64,000 bases of DNA, taken from assembly GCA_963702005.1 (NCBI GenBank), contig OY969696.1:2880001-2944000 (forward strand), written 5' to 3'. Below, piece by piece: positions 10,382 to 20,028 of this stretch. A program made the translations under genes and the position numbers. Numbering within the stretch: position 1 is the first letter of the stretch; each line of letters begins with the position of its first letter. This stretch comes from Candidatus Aminicenantes bacterium. Lineage in GTDB: Bacteria > Acidobacteriota > Aminicenantia > Aminicenantales > JAFGBC01. The notes under the pieces are model-generated. The model had not been told where the DNA came from, made no database searches, and saw nothing but the letters and a program-made list of their open reading frames with translations.

Positions 10382-10972
10382 TCAGACCGATTCCCGGTAA
10401 GTCAGGGCCCGGCTCTTGTCGGCACTATATTTGGCCCGGGCCGCCGCGATATGACTCAGGGACCAGTCGCGGAAAACCCGGGTCTCGATTTCCGAAAAAC
10501 GAAGCGACCCGCTCGGGCCCGCGTTGATCGCGTCGAACGACGCCGGCGTCAGCCGGCCGGCCCGGAAACCTTGGGCTTTCAGGAAGAGCGGCGCGTCGAT
10601 CCGGTAGACATCCCCCCGCGCGGCCGGCCTGTCTTCGAACAAGCCGGAGGGCAGCCAGACATCGTTGATATCGATGAAGAGGTCCGGGCTGGCTTCGATC
10701 GTCTCGAACAGGCCGTCGATCGAGGCCGGCGTGTCGAAGAAGGAGCGCCGCCGCGACGGCGCCGTAATGACGCCGGACAAGCCGAGAAGCAGGAACGGGA
10801 TCCGTCGTTGTTTCAGCTCCAGGCACCAGGCGTCGGAAGGTCCGTCGGACTCGATCGAGAAATAGGTGCAGCGGATCATGGTTAAAGCCGCCTCCGCCTT
10901 GCGGTCGTCAAAGAAGACGGGGATCGAGCCGCCCGACCTCGAACCGAAAATCCGGAAAAGCTTTCCCTTCAT
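10382..10972 (-). CDS. Hypothetical protein (196 aa), first gene of an operon with the MBL hydrolase
   Basis: GGAGG RBS, own promoter, 11 bp gap to the MBL gene; no family recognised. Confidence 0.7.
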   Translation of the reverse strand: MKGKLFRIFGSRSGGSIPVFFDDRKAEAALTMIRCTYFSIESDGPSDAWCLELKQRRIPFLLLGLSGVITAPSRRRSFFDTPASIDGLFETIEASPDLFIDINDVWLPSGLFEDRPAARGDVYRIDAPLFLKAQGFRAGRLTPASFDAINAGPSGSLRFSEIETRVFRDWSLSHIAAARAKYSADKSRALTYRESV

Positions 10973-10998
10973 CGCCCACCTCCCCGATTATCGCTTAT

Positions 10999-11027
10999 AC
11001 GATAGGTCCGGACCGGGCCCTTGTCAA
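10999..11027 (-). promoter_or_regulatory. sigma70-like promoter of the hypothetical/MBL operon
   Basis: TTGACA-17 bp-TATCGT on the minus strand. Confidence 0.6.
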
Positions 11028-11029
11028 GC

Positions 11030-13174
11030 TTAACGCGAAACGGGCCGCTTGGCCTCTTCCGTCCAAATCAGGACATCGGCGGGGCGGAGCGGGCTCTCGC
11101 CGAAGATGATCCGGGCGCCCGCCGGGATGGGGACTGAAACGGACTCGGACGAGTAATTGACCGCGACGAAGAAGCCGTCGCGCCATTCGACATAGAGGCC
11201 GGGCGGATAATCCTCGACCGCGACCCCGGCCCGTTCGAAAACCGTCCTCAGCAGGCGCCTTTCGAGCGCCCCGTCTTTGCTGTCGACGCCGATATAAGTG
11301 ACGCTCCCCTTGCCCAGGCGCCGCCTGACCGCGGCCGCCTTCCCGGCATAGAATTGGTTCGCGTATTCGGCGAGGACCTCGGTCCCGGCGCCGGGGGCCG
11401 GCTTCAAGACGTCAGCCCAGGCGTTCCATTCGTACTCGGCGTCGCCCATTTTGACGAGTCCCCGGCCGTTCTCGAGGAGCAGATCGAAGAATTCGATGTC
11501 GGCGCCGATAAGAGGCAGGATCGGGCCCGCCCAAGGAGCTTCCCAAAGGTGACCGTTCCTGTCTTTTTGGCCGGTGCGGCAGGTTAAGACGAGATGACCG
11601 CCCTTTTCGACGTACGCTTGCCAGCGTTCGATAAGCCCCTTGTCGATGAGCTGGTAGGCTGGGGCGATCAGGAAGGGATAGCCCGCGAAATCGTCGCTTT
11701 CTCCGATCATGTCAACCGGCGCGCCCAAGGACTTCGCCGCGGACTGATATTTGAAGCGGTGGGCCCAGGTGTCCCAGAGGGCGGTCTCCTTGTGATTCTC
11801 GATGTCCCACAGGTTGTCGTGGCTCCAGAGGATGGCCGTCCTGCGCGCGGCCAAGCGGTCCGGCATCACGGCCCTGGGATCGTAGATCGACCTCAGCGTT
11901 TTCATCTCCTTGGCGACCCGGGCGTACTCGAGGCCGCCCCGGGACGGAGTGACCCCGTCCGGACCGACGATGCAGGTGTGATAGAGCTCGCTCCCGAAGA
12001 GCGGCTGGCGATATCGGTAGGTACAGGCGAATGAGCAGCCGCCCCCGAAGGCGTGCCAGAGCCACATCCTGACCGCGCCCGGCATCGGCTGGGGATTGAT
12101 GCGAGCCCAGTTGATCTGTCCGGGCTGGAGCTCCATGACGCCGGTGACGCCTTTGATCGGCCTAAAATAATCCAGGGCCGAGGCAAGCCGATAAGGAGAG
12201 CCCAGCCGGAACCCGTCCGGTCCCAGCCCGTCCTCGCCCCGGATCGGGTACATCGTGAAGGCGACGAAGTCGAGGCGGTCGGTCCGGCGCGGGTCGGCGG
12301 ATGAAGTCACGTTGATGTAGTTTGTCGTAACCCATTGCTCGGGCCGGATGTGTTTCTTGAGGATGTCATATTGAAGAAGCAGGAAGCCGGCCTGAAGGTC
12401 AGCCGTGAACCGCTTGAAATCGAGGACGGCATGGGGGCTCATCTCATCGCCGCCGAAGAGAGTCTCGTTGGGGATGAGGACCTGCTCGAACGAATCGTAT
12501 CGGGTGCTCCAGAAAGCGCCTCCCCAAGCTTGATTGAGCCCGGCGATGGTCCCATATTTGGCCCGGAGCCATTCCTGGAATTTCCGGCGCGCCGCCGGGC
12601 TGTAGTCGGCCGGTGCTTCGGGCTCGTTATCGATCTGCCAGCCCCAGACCCGAGGGTCCTGGCCGTAGCGCTCGGCCAAGGCGTTGACGATCTTCCGGGT
12701 GTAGGAGACGAAGACGTCATCGGCCAGAGAACCGTTCGCCCGCGTCCCGTGCTCCTTGCGCCGGCCGTCGGGCCCGACGAGATAGATCTCGGGGGTCTTC
12801 TCCCCCATCCAGCCGGGCGGACAGGGCGTCGGCGTGCAGAGGACGACCTTGAGCCCGTGTTTGGCGGCGAGGGCGATCGCTTCGTCGAGCCAGCCGAAAT
12901 CATAGCGGCCCGGCGCGGGCTCGAGGAAGGCCCAAGCGAACTCGGCGAAGTGCGTAAATTCGAAGCCCAGTCCGGCCATGTTCTTGAAGTCGCGCTCCCA
13001 CTGCTCGCGGGGCCAGTGCTCGGGGTAGTAGTAGACCCCGATGGTCATCAAATCCTGTTTCGGGAAGAAGCGCTGGGCATCCCGGGCTTGACCGCTGACG
13101 GGGTCGGCTCCGGAGGCGATGACGGCGGCGGCGAAGACCAGGATTGCGGCGAAAACGCTCAGGGTGCTCTTCAT
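11030..13174 (-). CDS. Beta-galactosidase, GH42, secreted
   Basis: YYPEHW, AEFAWAFLEP, WQIDNEP, MELQPGQINW; trimerisation domain; signal peptide. Confidence 0.92.
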   Translation of the reverse strand: MKSTLSVFAAILVFAAAVIASGADPVSGQARDAQRFFPKQDLMTIGVYYYPEHWPREQWERDFKNMAGLGFEFTHFAEFAWAFLEPAPGRYDFGWLDEAIALAAKHGLKVVLCTPTPCPPGWMGEKTPEIYLVGPDGRRKEHGTRANGSLADDVFVSYTRKIVNALAERYGQDPRVWGWQIDNEPEAPADYSPAARRKFQEWLRAKYGTIAGLNQAWGGAFWSTRYDSFEQVLIPNETLFGGDEMSPHAVLDFKRFTADLQAGFLLLQYDILKKHIRPEQWVTTNYINVTSSADPRRTDRLDFVAFTMYPIRGEDGLGPDGFRLGSPYRLASALDYFRPIKGVTGVMELQPGQINWARINPQPMPGAVRMWLWHAFGGGCSFACTYRYRQPLFGSELYHTCIVGPDGVTPSRGGLEYARVAKEMKTLRSIYDPRAVMPDRLAARRTAILWSHDNLWDIENHKETALWDTWAHRFKYQSAAKSLGAPVDMIGESDDFAGYPFLIAPAYQLIDKGLIERWQAYVEKGGHLVLTCRTGQKDRNGHLWEAPWAGPILPLIGADIEFFDLLLENGRGLVKMGDAEYEWNAWADVLKPAPGAGTEVLAEYANQFYAGKAAAVRRRLGKGSVTYIGVDSKDGALERRLLRTVFERAGVAVEDYPPGLYVEWRDGFFVAVNYSSESVSVPIPAGARIIFGESPLRPADVLIWTEEAKRPVSR

Positions 13175-13274
13175 GAAGACCTCCCGATCGGGCTATTGTA
13201 TCCCGGACCGAAAATAACGGCTTTCTCTATTGAGATTCCGCCCCACGTTCATTATACTCGGCCGGGGCCTCCCG

Positions 13275-14453
13275 ATGAACAAGGCTTTCGTGATGGTCGA
13301 GCCGGCCAAGGATTACGGCTCGACTCGGATCGAAAGCGCGGTCCGGAGCTGTTTTGGGTCTCTGGGGCGCTGGGGACTGACGGTCCGCCCGAGGTCGCGG
13401 GTTTTCGTTAAGATCAACGCCCTCTCGTCCCGGCGGAACCCGGAGTCGGCCGTCAACACCCATCCGGCGGTTCTGCGCGAGGTCCTTCGTTGCCTCTTGG
13501 AGCTGGACGCAAATCCCCTGGTGGGTGACGACGTCAACGCCGGGCGCGAAGATCCGTTCCTAATCCCCGGGCAGCGCGCCGTCTGCCGGGAGCTAGGCGT
13601 CCGGCTCGTCAACCTGCGCGAGGCCGGCTTCCGGGAAATCAAGATCGAGGGACGCCGCCTCCAATCCGTCTTTGTTTCACGCCCGGTCCTCGAAGCGGAC
13701 TTTATCATCAACGTCCCCAAGCTTAAGACCCACTCTCTGACCGGGCTCACTTGCGCCGTCAAGAACATGTACGGCGTCCTCCCGGCCGGCGAACGCCTCC
13801 GCCTCCACCGGCTGTTCCCGATGAACGAGCCGTTTTGCGAGGTCCTCGTCGATATATTCGCGGCGGTCAAGCCTCACTTCCAGATCTGTGACGCGGTGAC
13901 GGCCATGGAGGGCGAAGGACCGTCCGGGGGGCATCCCCGGGCCGTCGGCTGCATCCTGGCCGGCCGGGACGCGTTCGCCCTCGACGCCGTCGCCTCCCAT
14001 CTCACCGGCATCCGTCCGCTTGACGTCGCCACAACCCGGATCGGGCACGAACGCGGGTTGGGACAGGGAGACCTCGACCGGATCGAAACGTCCGGCGTGT
14101 CGATTGAAGAGCTCCGCGTCCCGGATTTTAAACACTCCATCGTCGCTTTCTCGTTCTTGAGGAGACGGCTCCCCTCCTCCCTCTACGCCTGGGTTCAGGG
14201 CGAGCTGGTCATGACGCCCGAAGTCGATCCCTCCCTGTGCATCCTCTGCCGCGATTGCATGGCTATCTGTCCGCAGCGCACCATTCACGAGCGCGACGAG
14301 AAAGCCTGGGTGGACCCGAGCCGCTGCATCCATTGCCTCTGCTGCCACGAGGCCTGCCAGGCGCGGGCGATCCGGCTCAGGCGGACGCGATTCGGCGCTC
14401 TGATGGAGGGCGTCGCCTCGGCTTGGAGAATAGTCGCTCGGCTCCGCAGATAA
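13275..14453 (+). CDS. DUF362 domain protein with C-terminal 2x[4Fe-4S] ferredoxin
   Basis: THP, INVPKLKTH, AVKNMYG, MEGEGPSGG; CILCRDC..CP and CIHCLCCHEAC; TTGAGA-17-TATACT upstream. Confidence 0.88.
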   Translation: MNKAFVMVEPAKDYGSTRIESAVRSCFGSLGRWGLTVRPRSRVFVKINALSSRRNPESAVNTHPAVLREVLRCLLELDANPLVGDDVNAGREDPFLIPGQRAVCRELGVRLVNLREAGFREIKIEGRRLQSVFVSRPVLEADFIINVPKLKTHSLTGLTCAVKNMYGVLPAGERLRLHRLFPMNEPFCEVLVDIFAAVKPHFQICDAVTAMEGEGPSGGHPRAVGCILAGRDAFALDAVASHLTGIRPLDVATTRIGHERGLGQGDLDRIETSGVSIEELRVPDFKHSIVAFSFLRRRLPSSLYAWVQGELVMTPEVDPSLCILCRDCMAICPQRTIHERDEKAWVDPSRCIHCLCCHEACQARAIRLRRTRFGALMEGVASAWRIVARLRR

Positions 14454-14514
14454 GTGCCGAGGGACATTCCTTTTTTTTTGTGATAACATGAGGAAGGCCT
14501 TGTCAGGAGGAGAT

Positions 14515-15646
14515 ATGAACTTCGACCTATACTATAAGTCCCGCCAGGGCAAAATGGTCAACGTCCTCAAGGAGATCGTCCGCCTCGAATCGCCGACCGG
14601 AGACCGCAAAGCCGTCAACGCCGCTTCCGCTTATGTCGTGGACGAGCTTCGCAGGATCGGAGCCCGGCTCGTCCGCCTCCCCCAGAAGGAGATCGGCGAC
14701 CTTCACATCGTCGAATACCCGGGCAAGCGGAATCCCGACCTCCACGACCAAATCCTGGTCCTGACCCACGCCGACACCGTCTGGCCCGTGGGCCAGATCC
14801 AAACCATGCCCTTCTACCTGACCGGGAATACGATCTTCGGGCCGGGCGTGCTGGATATGAAGGCCGGCCTGGTCATGATCCTGTTCGCCCTCAAGACCAT
14901 ACACGAGCTCAACCTGACGCCCGCCAAAAAAATCGTCCTCTTCATCAACTCGGCCGAGGAAACCGGCCACAAAGCCAGCCACGACGAGATCGCCAAGCTC
15001 GCCAAACGCTCCGACCTCTGCCTCTGTCTCGAGCCGGCCCTCCCCGGCGGCGCCCTCAAGCTCGAGCGCAAGGGTCGGATGGTCATCCGCCTTGATGCCC
15101 GAGGCAAGGCCGCCCACGGCGGAACGCCCGAGAAAGGCGTCAACGCCATCGAAGAGCTCGTGCGCCAGATCCAGCGCCTGGACCGGCTCAAGAAAAACGA
15201 GACGACCGTCAACGTCGGGGTCATGGGCGGAGGCGCCAAAGCCAATATCGTCGCCGAACAGGCCTGGGTCATCCTCGACATCCGGTTCTGGACGAACGAC
15301 GACAAGGACCGGATCAAGGCTTATTTCCGGGAGCTCAAGCCGACCAAGTCCGGCGCCCACATCAGGCATACCATCGAAAGCCTGACCCCACCCATGGAAA
15401 AGACCAAAGCCTCGGAGGAGCTATTCCAGGAGGCGAGGCGGGTCGCCAAGACGCTCGGACAGCGGCTCAGGGGCGGCAAATCGGGCGGCGGTTCGGACGC
15501 CTCGATCGCCGCCAACCTCGGCGTCCCAACCCTGGACGGACTGGGCCCGGACGGCGACGGTATCCACGCCGGGGATGAGCATCTTCTTCCTGACATCGCT
15601 GGTGGATCGGACGGCCCTCCTGACCCGGCTCCTGCTGGAGTTGTGA
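14515..15646 (+). CDS. M20 family metallopeptidase (glutamate carboxypeptidase-like); +1 frameshift near 15583-15590
   Basis: HADTV, DMKAG, AEE, LEP, GGSDA, GIHA..EH; natural C-terminus LTSLVDRTALLTRLLLEL* lies in another frame. Confidence 0.85.
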
Positions 15647-15702
15647 GTTCCGCGCATCCATTCGGCTCCTTGTCGAGGCGCTCGGCCTCCTTCCGCAGCG
15701 GA

Positions 15703-15730
15703 TTGACACCCGACTCGGTCCTTTGATAAT
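15703..15730 (+). promoter_or_regulatory. sigma70-like promoter of the aminotransferase-serA operon
   Basis: TTGACA-16 bp-GATAAT. Confidence 0.5.
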
Positions 15731-15782
15731 GTGGACAAGGTGATGAGTTTTACACTTTTCATCATCTCCAAGGAGGAATTCT

Positions 15783-16928
15783 ATGATTAAAAAATATTAC
15801 CTGCTCTCGCCCGGGCCGACGCCCGTCCCGGACAACGTCCTGTCGATCGCGGCCGAGCCGATTATCCATCACAGGACGCCCGAATTTTCCAAGATTTTCA
15901 TGGAGGTCACGGAAGGCCTCAAGTCCGTCTTCGGGACCAAAGAGGACGTCTACATCCTGACCTCGTCGGGCACCGGCGCCATGGAAACGGCCGTCGCCAA
16001 CCTCCTCAGCCCCGGCGACAAGGTCCTGACGATCAACGGCGGCAAATTCGGCGAGCGCTGGGGGAATATCTGCAAGGCCTACGGCATCGCCCACAAGGAG
16101 ATCGTCCTCGAGTGGGGCAAGGACTACGGCAAGGACCAGCTCGCCGCCGAGCTCAAAGCCAACCCCGACGCTAAGGCCGTTTTCTGCCAGCACTCGGAAA
16201 CCTCGACCGGCGCCTACTTCGACATCCAGGGATTCGGCGAAGTCGTCGCCCAGACGAACGCCGTCCTGGTCGTCGACGGCATTTCGGGGACGGGGGCCAT
16301 GCCCTGCCCGATGGACGAGTGGAAGATCGACGTCCTCCTCTCGGGCTCCCAGAAGTCCTTCATGATCCCGCCCGGGCTGGCGTACATCGCCTTCGGCCCC
16401 AAGGCCTGGAAGCTGGTCGAAACCTCCAAGTGCCCCAAGTTCTACTTCGACATCAAGAAGGCCAAGAAAAACCTGGCCGATAAGACGACCCCCTGGACGC
16501 CGGGCATATCGCTCGTCATCCAGCAGAAGAAGGCTCTGGACATTATCACGGCCATGGGCCTGGACAAGCTCTACGCCCATCACCGCATCCTGGCCGACGC
16601 GACCCGGGCCGGGGTCAAGGCCATCGGGCTGACACTCCTGGCCGATAAGCCGGGCAACATCCTGACCGCGGTCAAGACGCCGGACGGGGTCGATGGCGGC
16701 AAGATCGTCAAGACGATGCAGGGCAAATACATGGCCTACATCGCCGGCGCCCAGGACCCGCACAAGGGCAAGTTCTTCCGGATCGCCCACTTGGGCTACA
16801 TGGGCGGGTTCGACGTCGTCACGGCCCTGACCGCCCTGGAGATGACGTTCAACGACCTCGGCTATAAATTCGAGACGGGCGCCGCGGTCAAGGCCGCCGA
16901 GCTCGTCCTCCGCGAGAACTGGGCTTGA
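15783..16928 (+). CDS. Alanine-glyoxylate/serine-pyruvate aminotransferase family (class V PLP)
   Basis: LSPGPTPVP, SSGTGAME, HSETSTG, VDGIS, SGSQKSFMIPPGL, FRIAHLG. Confidence 0.9.
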   Translation: MIKKYYLLSPGPTPVPDNVLSIAAEPIIHHRTPEFSKIFMEVTEGLKSVFGTKEDVYILTSSGTGAMETAVANLLSPGDKVLTINGGKFGERWGNICKAYGIAHKEIVLEWGKDYGKDQLAAELKANPDAKAVFCQHSETSTGAYFDIQGFGEVVAQTNAVLVVDGISGTGAMPCPMDEWKIDVLLSGSQKSFMIPPGLAYIAFGPKAWKLVETSKCPKFYFDIKKAKKNLADKTTPWTPGISLVIQQKKALDIITAMGLDKLYAHHRILADATRAGVKAIGLTLLADKPGNILTAVKTPDGVDGGKIVKTMQGKYMAYIAGAQDPHKGKFFRIAHLGYMGGFDVVTALTALEMTFNDLGYKFETGAAVKAAELVLRENWA

Positions 16929-16944
16929 GACATAGGGGGTTATC

Positions 16945-17841
16945 ATGAAAAAAATCCTCGTCGCCGATAAGCTCGATCAGGAATCCCTGGACCGGCTCAA
17001 GGCAATCCCGGGTTTCGAAGTCACCGTCAAGACGGGTCTGGACGAGGCCGCCCTCGTCCAGACCATTCCCGGCTTCAACGCGGTCGTCGTCCGAAGCGCG
17101 ACCAAGATCACGCGCCCGGTCATCGAGGCCGCCCAAGGCTTGGAGATGATCGTGAGGGCCGGTATCGGGCTCGACAACGTCGACGCGGCCGCGGCCAAGG
17201 AGAAAGGGATCAAGGTCGCCAACACGCCCGCCGCCACGACGATCACGGTCGCCGAGCACACCTTCGGGCTCATGCTGGGCGCCGTCCGCCAGCACGGCCA
17301 GGCCAACCTGACCATGAAGCAGCACAAGTGGGAGAAGAAGGCGTTCAGCGGGAGCGAGCTCTACGGGAAAACGCTGGGCGTCATCGGGATGGGCCGGATC
17401 GGACAGGCCGTCGCCGAACGGGCCGTCGCCTTCGGGATGAAGGCCGTCGGCTACGACATCATCCCCGTTCAGTCGAGCGTCATGAAGCAGGTCCCGCTCG
17501 ACGAGCTGGTGGCCCAGGCGGACGTTATCACGCTCCACATCCCCAAGACGCAGGGCCCGGTCCTCGGCCCGGCCGAGTTCGCCAAGATGAAGAAGGGCGT
17601 CATCATCGTCAACGTCGCCCGGGGAGGGACGGTCGACGAGAAGGCGCTCCTCGAGGGGCTCGTCAGCGGCCGGGTCAGGGCCGCCGCCCTCGACGTCTTC
17701 AGCAAGGAGCCGCCCGAGGATTGGACGCTGATCGATCATCCCAACGTGACCGCGGCGCCCCACATCGGGGCCGCCACCGAGGAAGGCCAGAAGCGGGCCG
17801 GCCTCGAGGTCGTCAAGATCCTCAAGGAGAAACTCGCCTAG
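16945..17841 (+). CDS. serA: D-3-phosphoglycerate dehydrogenase (short form, no ACT domain)
   Basis: VVRSATK, RAGIGLDNVD, GMGRIG, NVARGG, APHIGAAT. Confidence 0.85.
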   Translation: MKKILVADKLDQESLDRLKAIPGFEVTVKTGLDEAALVQTIPGFNAVVVRSATKITRPVIEAAQGLEMIVRAGIGLDNVDAAAAKEKGIKVANTPAATTITVAEHTFGLMLGAVRQHGQANLTMKQHKWEKKAFSGSELYGKTLGVIGMGRIGQAVAERAVAFGMKAVGYDIIPVQSSVMKQVPLDELVAQADVITLHIPKTQGPVLGPAEFAKMKKGVIIVNVARGGTVDEKALLEGLVSGRVRAAALDVFSKEPPEDWTLIDHPNVTAAPHIGAATEEGQKRAGLEVVKILKEKLA

Positions 17842-17871
17842 TAATAATTATCTTTGCCCGCTCCGGCTCTC

Positions 17872-18451
17872 AGACGGCGCAAGGCCTGTTTAAAACGGGA
17901 GCTGAAGCCTGCCCCGACTGAGAAGAACCAGTGCTGGAGCATGGATTTTATGTCGGACGAGCTTTTCGACGGCCGGCGGATCCGGATCTTAACGTTAATG
18001 GGAAGCCTCGAACGATCCAGGTCGACAACGGTCCCGAGTTCATCTCCAAGGATGTCGATCTGTGGGCTTACTGGAATCATGTGAAGCTTGACTTCAGCCG
18101 TCCCGGCAAGCCTACGGACAACGCTTATATCGAATCTTTCAATGCCAGGTTCCGGCTGGAGTGTTTGAATGAGCACTGGTTCATGAGTTTGGAGGACGCC
18201 CGGGAAAAAACGGAGGCATGGAGGCGGGACTACAGCCAGAACCGTCCGCACAGCTCACTAGGAAACGTGCCGCCGGAGGAATTTGCGACACGGAAAGGAG
18301 CCGCCGAAGCCGGAAAAATACGGCTCGAAGAGGCTAACAACGATGACTCACAAAATATTTTTCTAACCTAAAAAATGGACCAAACCAGGGGGCAAGTCCG
18401 AATGCTTGAAAACCTCACTACAGAGGTGGTACATTGAGCGGGGGTAGGTCA
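17872..18451 (+). mobile_element. IS3 family (IS407 group) remnant: 5'-truncated, internally deleted OrfB plus right IR
   Basis: NQCWSMDFMSD..GRRIRILTL, then a frame break, then IQVDNGPEF, PGKPTDNAYIESFN, RPHSSLG; ends in GGGGTAGGTCA. Confidence 0.88.
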
Positions 18452-18542
18452 GTCCGGCCGGCGATACTATTCCATCGTGATCGGGAGGGGAGATTCATCA
18501 CGCGGGGCGGCTTTTCACCACGTTATCTTAAGGAGGCGTGAG

Positions 18543-19892
18543 ATGAAAAAGAGGATTTGGATGGTAATCAGTTTAATCCTTGCGGTTGTTCCCCTGTTGC
18601 TTCCCCTGGAAGGGGGGGGCGTTCTTACACCACTGGAGAAGTGGGTGGCGAGGTACAACGGGCCAGCTAACGGAAGCGATTGTGCAGCGGCCATTGCCGT
18701 GGACAGCTCGGGCAATGTCTATGTCACCGGACAGAGTATGGGTTCAGTCGGCAATTACGACTACGCCACCATCAAGTACAACGCAAACGGCAAACCGCTC
18801 TGGGCAAGAAGGTCCAACGGGCCAGGTAACGGCTATAATAGCCCGGGGGCCATTGCCGTGGACGGCTCGGGCAATGTCTATGTCACCGGAAGGAGCTCGG
18901 GTTCAGGCACCAGGGACGACTATGCCACCATCAAGTACAACGCAAACGGCGAACAACTCTGGGTCAGAAGATACAACGGACCGGGTAACAGGAATGATGG
19001 CGCCAGGGCTATTGCGGTGGACGGCACGGGCAATGTTTATGTCACCGGATCCAGCTGGGGCTCAGCCACCGATTACGACTACGCCACTATCAAGTACAAC
19101 ACAAACGGCAAACAGCTCTGGGCAAGCAGGTACAATGGGCCAGGCAACGGCTATGATAGCCCCGAGGCCATTGCCGTGGACGGTTCGGGCAATGTCTATG
19201 TCACCGGATGGGGCCTAGGCTCAGATCACACTGACGACTACGCGACCGTCAAGTACGGCGTAAACGGAAAACAGCTCTGGGCTAAAAGTTACAACGGGCC
19301 AAGTCACATCAGGGATCGAGCGCGGGCTATTGCCGTGGACGGCTCGGGCAATGTCTATGTCACCGGAAGTGGATGCTCAGGCAACTTTTACGACTACGTC
19401 ACCATTAAGTACGGCACAAACGGCAACCAACTCTGGGTCAACGCATACAATGGGCCAGGCAACGGCAATGATGAGGCAACGGGCATTGCGGTGGACGGCT
19501 CGGGCAATGTCTATGTCACCGGAGCGAGCGCGGTCTCAGGCGTCATTTACGACTATGCCACCGTCAAGTACGGCGCTAACGGCAAACAGCTCTGGGTCAC
19601 AAGATACAATGGACCGGCTAACGACGATGATGAGGCAAAGGCCATTGCCGTGGACGGTTCGGGCAATGTCTATGTCACCGGATTGAGCTGGGGCTCTGGC
19701 ACCGGATACGACTATGCCACTCTCAAGTACGACACAAGCGGCAAACAGCTTTGGGTCAAAAGATATAGCGGGCCGGCTAAAGGCGAAGATTTTGCAGCGG
19801 CCATTGCCGTAGACGGCTCGGGTAATGTCTATGTCACCGGAGAGAGCGCGGGCTCGGGCGCCGGTTACGACTACGCCACTATCAAGTATTGA
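18543..19892 (+). CDS. Secreted SBBP-repeat beta-propeller protein, copy 1 (8 repeats of ~53 aa)
   Basis: AAGGAGG RBS, signal peptide, 8x AIAVDGSGNVYVTG...DYATIKY...LW..RYNGP. Confidence 0.9.
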   Translation: MKKRIWMVISLILAVVPLLLPLEGGGVLTPLEKWVARYNGPANGSDCAAAIAVDSSGNVYVTGQSMGSVGNYDYATIKYNANGKPLWARRSNGPGNGYNSPGAIAVDGSGNVYVTGRSSGSGTRDDYATIKYNANGEQLWVRRYNGPGNRNDGARAIAVDGTGNVYVTGSSWGSATDYDYATIKYNTNGKQLWASRYNGPGNGYDSPEAIAVDGSGNVYVTGWGLGSDHTDDYATVKYGVNGKQLWAKSYNGPSHIRDRARAIAVDGSGNVYVTGSGCSGNFYDYVTIKYGTNGNQLWVNAYNGPGNGNDEATGIAVDGSGNVYVTGASAVSGVIYDYATVKYGANGKQLWVTRYNGPANDDDEAKAIAVDGSGNVYVTGLSWGSGTGYDYATLKYDTSGKQLWVKRYSGPAKGEDFAAAIAVDGSGNVYVTGESAGSGAGYDYATIKY

Positions 19893-19926
19893 TAATTGAA
19901 CCGGTTAGGCTTATTAGCGCATAGAA

Positions 19927-19956
19927 TTGACATCGCCGCCCGGCCGGCGATACTAT
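19927..19956 (+). promoter_or_regulatory. sigma70-like promoter at the junction of the two SBBP units
   Basis: TTGACA-18 bp-TACTAT; copy 1 keeps only the -10 (18465-18470) and the third copy only the -35 (21440-21445). Confidence 0.65.
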
Positions 19957-20028
19957 TCCAGCGTGATCAGGAGGGGAGATCCACCACCCGGGACGGCTTT
20001 TCACCACGTTATTTTAAGGAGGCGTGAG

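Noticed and set aside
19885-19925. Integron attC site (GTTAGGC after the stop codon)
   Set aside because: No matching RYYYAAC or L boxes; the second copy reads GATAGGC; no integrase
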